Positions 57,542 to 57,820 of a DNA stretch of 57,820 nt are shown here, in pieces. How positions within the stretch are numbered: the stretch's first letter is position 1; the number at the start of each line of letters is the position of its first letter. The translations under genes were made by a program, and so were the position numbers. Below the pieces are notes generated by a model. The model saw nothing but the letters and a program-made list of their open reading frames with translations, did not search any database and had not been told where the DNA came from. Source of the stretch: Atribacterota bacterium (GTDB lineage Bacteria > Atribacterota > Phoenicimicrobiia > Phoenicimicrobiales > Phoenicimicrobiaceae); contig JAUWHZ010000027.1 of the NCBI GenBank assembly GCA_030605615.1, positions 1-57,820 of the forward strand. Reading direction: 5' to 3'.

Positions 57542-57820
57542 CTATGACTTTGTCAAGCACTTTTTAAACTTTTTAGATACATCGGATGTATTGATCGATG
57601 CTCCTTGATATACCGGGTATTATTCCGGATTATAGTACAGGCCACCTTAAGCAGTTTATTGGCAATATTATTCAAGACTAAGGGCTTGGCTTTACCCTGA
57701 TCTAGTTTACGTAAATAATAGCGTCTAAAGGTTACATTATGGGTGGACACCGATTGAGCAGCCAGCCGCAGGAGTTTACGGCTTGGCCCAGGTCCAAAGT
57801 GGCGAATTTTCGCCCTTTTA
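57542..57820 (-). mobile_element. IS110-family element, 3' end (transposase C-terminus 57553-57819, runs off window)
   Basis: …RHFGPGPSRKLLRLAAQSVSTHNVTFRRYYLRKLDQGK…IANKLLKVA…; higher GC; TTGACAAAGTCATAG at the end. Confidence 0.8.

Noticed and set aside
1-57820. tRNA or rRNA genes
   Set aside because: No cloverleaf or rRNA-like conserved segments seen in the intergenic regions

Overview
AT-rich bacterial chromosomal window, mostly + strand. Gene content and order resemble Atribacterota/JS1-like anaerobes, which is an inference only. It carries housekeeping blocks: envelope glycan genes, mreD-[znuACB]-mrdA-rodA-radical SAM pair-rng, L21 leader-rplU-rpmA-obgE, xerD-punA-mtnA-murA-mreB, ispD-ispE-ispF, nadD-yqeK(frameshifted)-LCP-rsfS, pgk, and csoR-like-mcsA-mcsB-clpC-radA. 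The first ~1.93 kb looks archaeal (radical SAM/SPASM end, truncated DUF447) and joins the rest at a REP array beside a REP-associated tyrosine transposase (RAYT). Main non-routine signals: (1) a RAYT with a modular REP family built on GTGCC(W)GGCAC, whose arms differ between copies while staying palindromic; (2) an operon of a giant TPR protein, ExbB, ExbD and a TonB-like stalk ending in DUF3048 instead of TonB_C; (3) mosaic 7/8-mer intergenic repeats with embedded GTAG-REPs; (4) a catalytically degenerate WecA-like domain fused to TagA; (5) an IS110 end abutting a REP-like half-site. All calls come from motif recognition by eye; no searches were run.
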